DNA from: Amphiscolops sp. MND2022
Lineage: Eukaryota
Length of the DNA: 64,000 bases
NCBI GenBank assembly: GCA_964187785.1
Contig: OZ076410.1
Location: 48,670,001-48,734,000 of the forward strand
Direction of reading: 5' to 3'
Part shown: piece after piece, positions 63,426 to 64,000 of the stretch
How the letters are laid out: each line of letters starts with the position of its first letter
Numbering within the stretch: the first letter of the stretch is position 1
Position numbers and translations under genes: made by a program
Notes under the pieces: model-generated
The model's database searches: none
Told to the model about the DNA's origin: nothing
The model's input: only the letters and a program-made list of their open reading frames with translations

Positions 63426-64000
63426 GTTCCGAATCTGTTTCGGTGCGCTTTTTATTTTGGACGATTCGGAGCTTCACGTTCAGAAAATCGCACAGTATCT
63501 CGTCCCACTTCCCGTATTCACTAACAGATTAACAAACGCAATACCAAAAACACTTAGCATTTGTTTGGATGTAGAATTATTAGTTGAATCCAATAACTAT
63601 GATTTACTTGCGACTGCTTTAACATAATTTGAACAGAAGAAGTTAAAGATTATATTACTAGAAAAATTTGATGAAATGCCTGAAGAATTTGAATATAATT
63701 CATTCACCCGAAATTCAATAGGAATTCAAAAAGCTGGAAATGATGCAATCAGAATGATGAAGTGGTTGATTGCAGATCACTACTATGATATCATGAACTA
63801 TTACAATTTAATCGCTACTGCTCTAACTGCGATGAAAGGTGATAAACTTAATGTCACAAAGCGTAATTTCGTTATAATAAATGACAGACATTGAAACAGA
63901 TGGTGAAGCAATTTACTCAGATAGTGATATGTCGTCAGACGAAAGCATGCATAACTTCATGCATACCTCAGATGAAGACTTTATTGAAGTCGAAACCGAA

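Larger units (their letters stand above)
60341..64000. repeat. Tandem duplication, 1922-bp unit (60341-62262); second copy truncated by the window edge
   Basis: ORFs recur at +1922 (then +1952 after the microsatellite); I counted about 11 substitutions between the copies. Confidence 0.97.

Noticed and set aside
61345-63524. Poly-histidine proteins (61345-61572, 63267-63524)
   Set aside because: TTG-started short ORFs created by a (CAT)n microsatellite; no independent coding evidence.

Overview
Eukaryotic (animal-like), transposon-dense genomic DNA with one 200-N scaffold gap. The only clear host gene is a 7-exon USP8/UBPY-like deubiquitinase on the + strand (41814-52666, about 1028 aa, all splice phases consistent). 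Its 6 kb fourth intron holds a stack of DNA transposons: a DD34E Tc1 with a nested insertion, a related MITE, and an IS630/Tc1-like element with long IR/DR ends. The first 40 kb is mostly degraded retroelements: at least three Ty3/gypsy remnants, a full-length but decayed BEL/Pao element with both LTRs and a CAGGT target-site duplication, and a LINE RT/endonuclease remnant. The window ends in a near-identical 1.9 kb tandem duplication with compact overlapping ORFs and a variable (CAT)n tract. The leads most worth following are a divergent accessory-gene cassette with a zinc-finger ORF downstream of a gypsy pol, the 1.9 kb tandem unit, an 84-bp-periodic palindrome array at 3.46-3.73 kb, and an unclassified degraded coding block at 24-27 kb. 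I could not run any searches, so family assignments rest on motifs read by eye, and none of these leads is shown to be a novel system.
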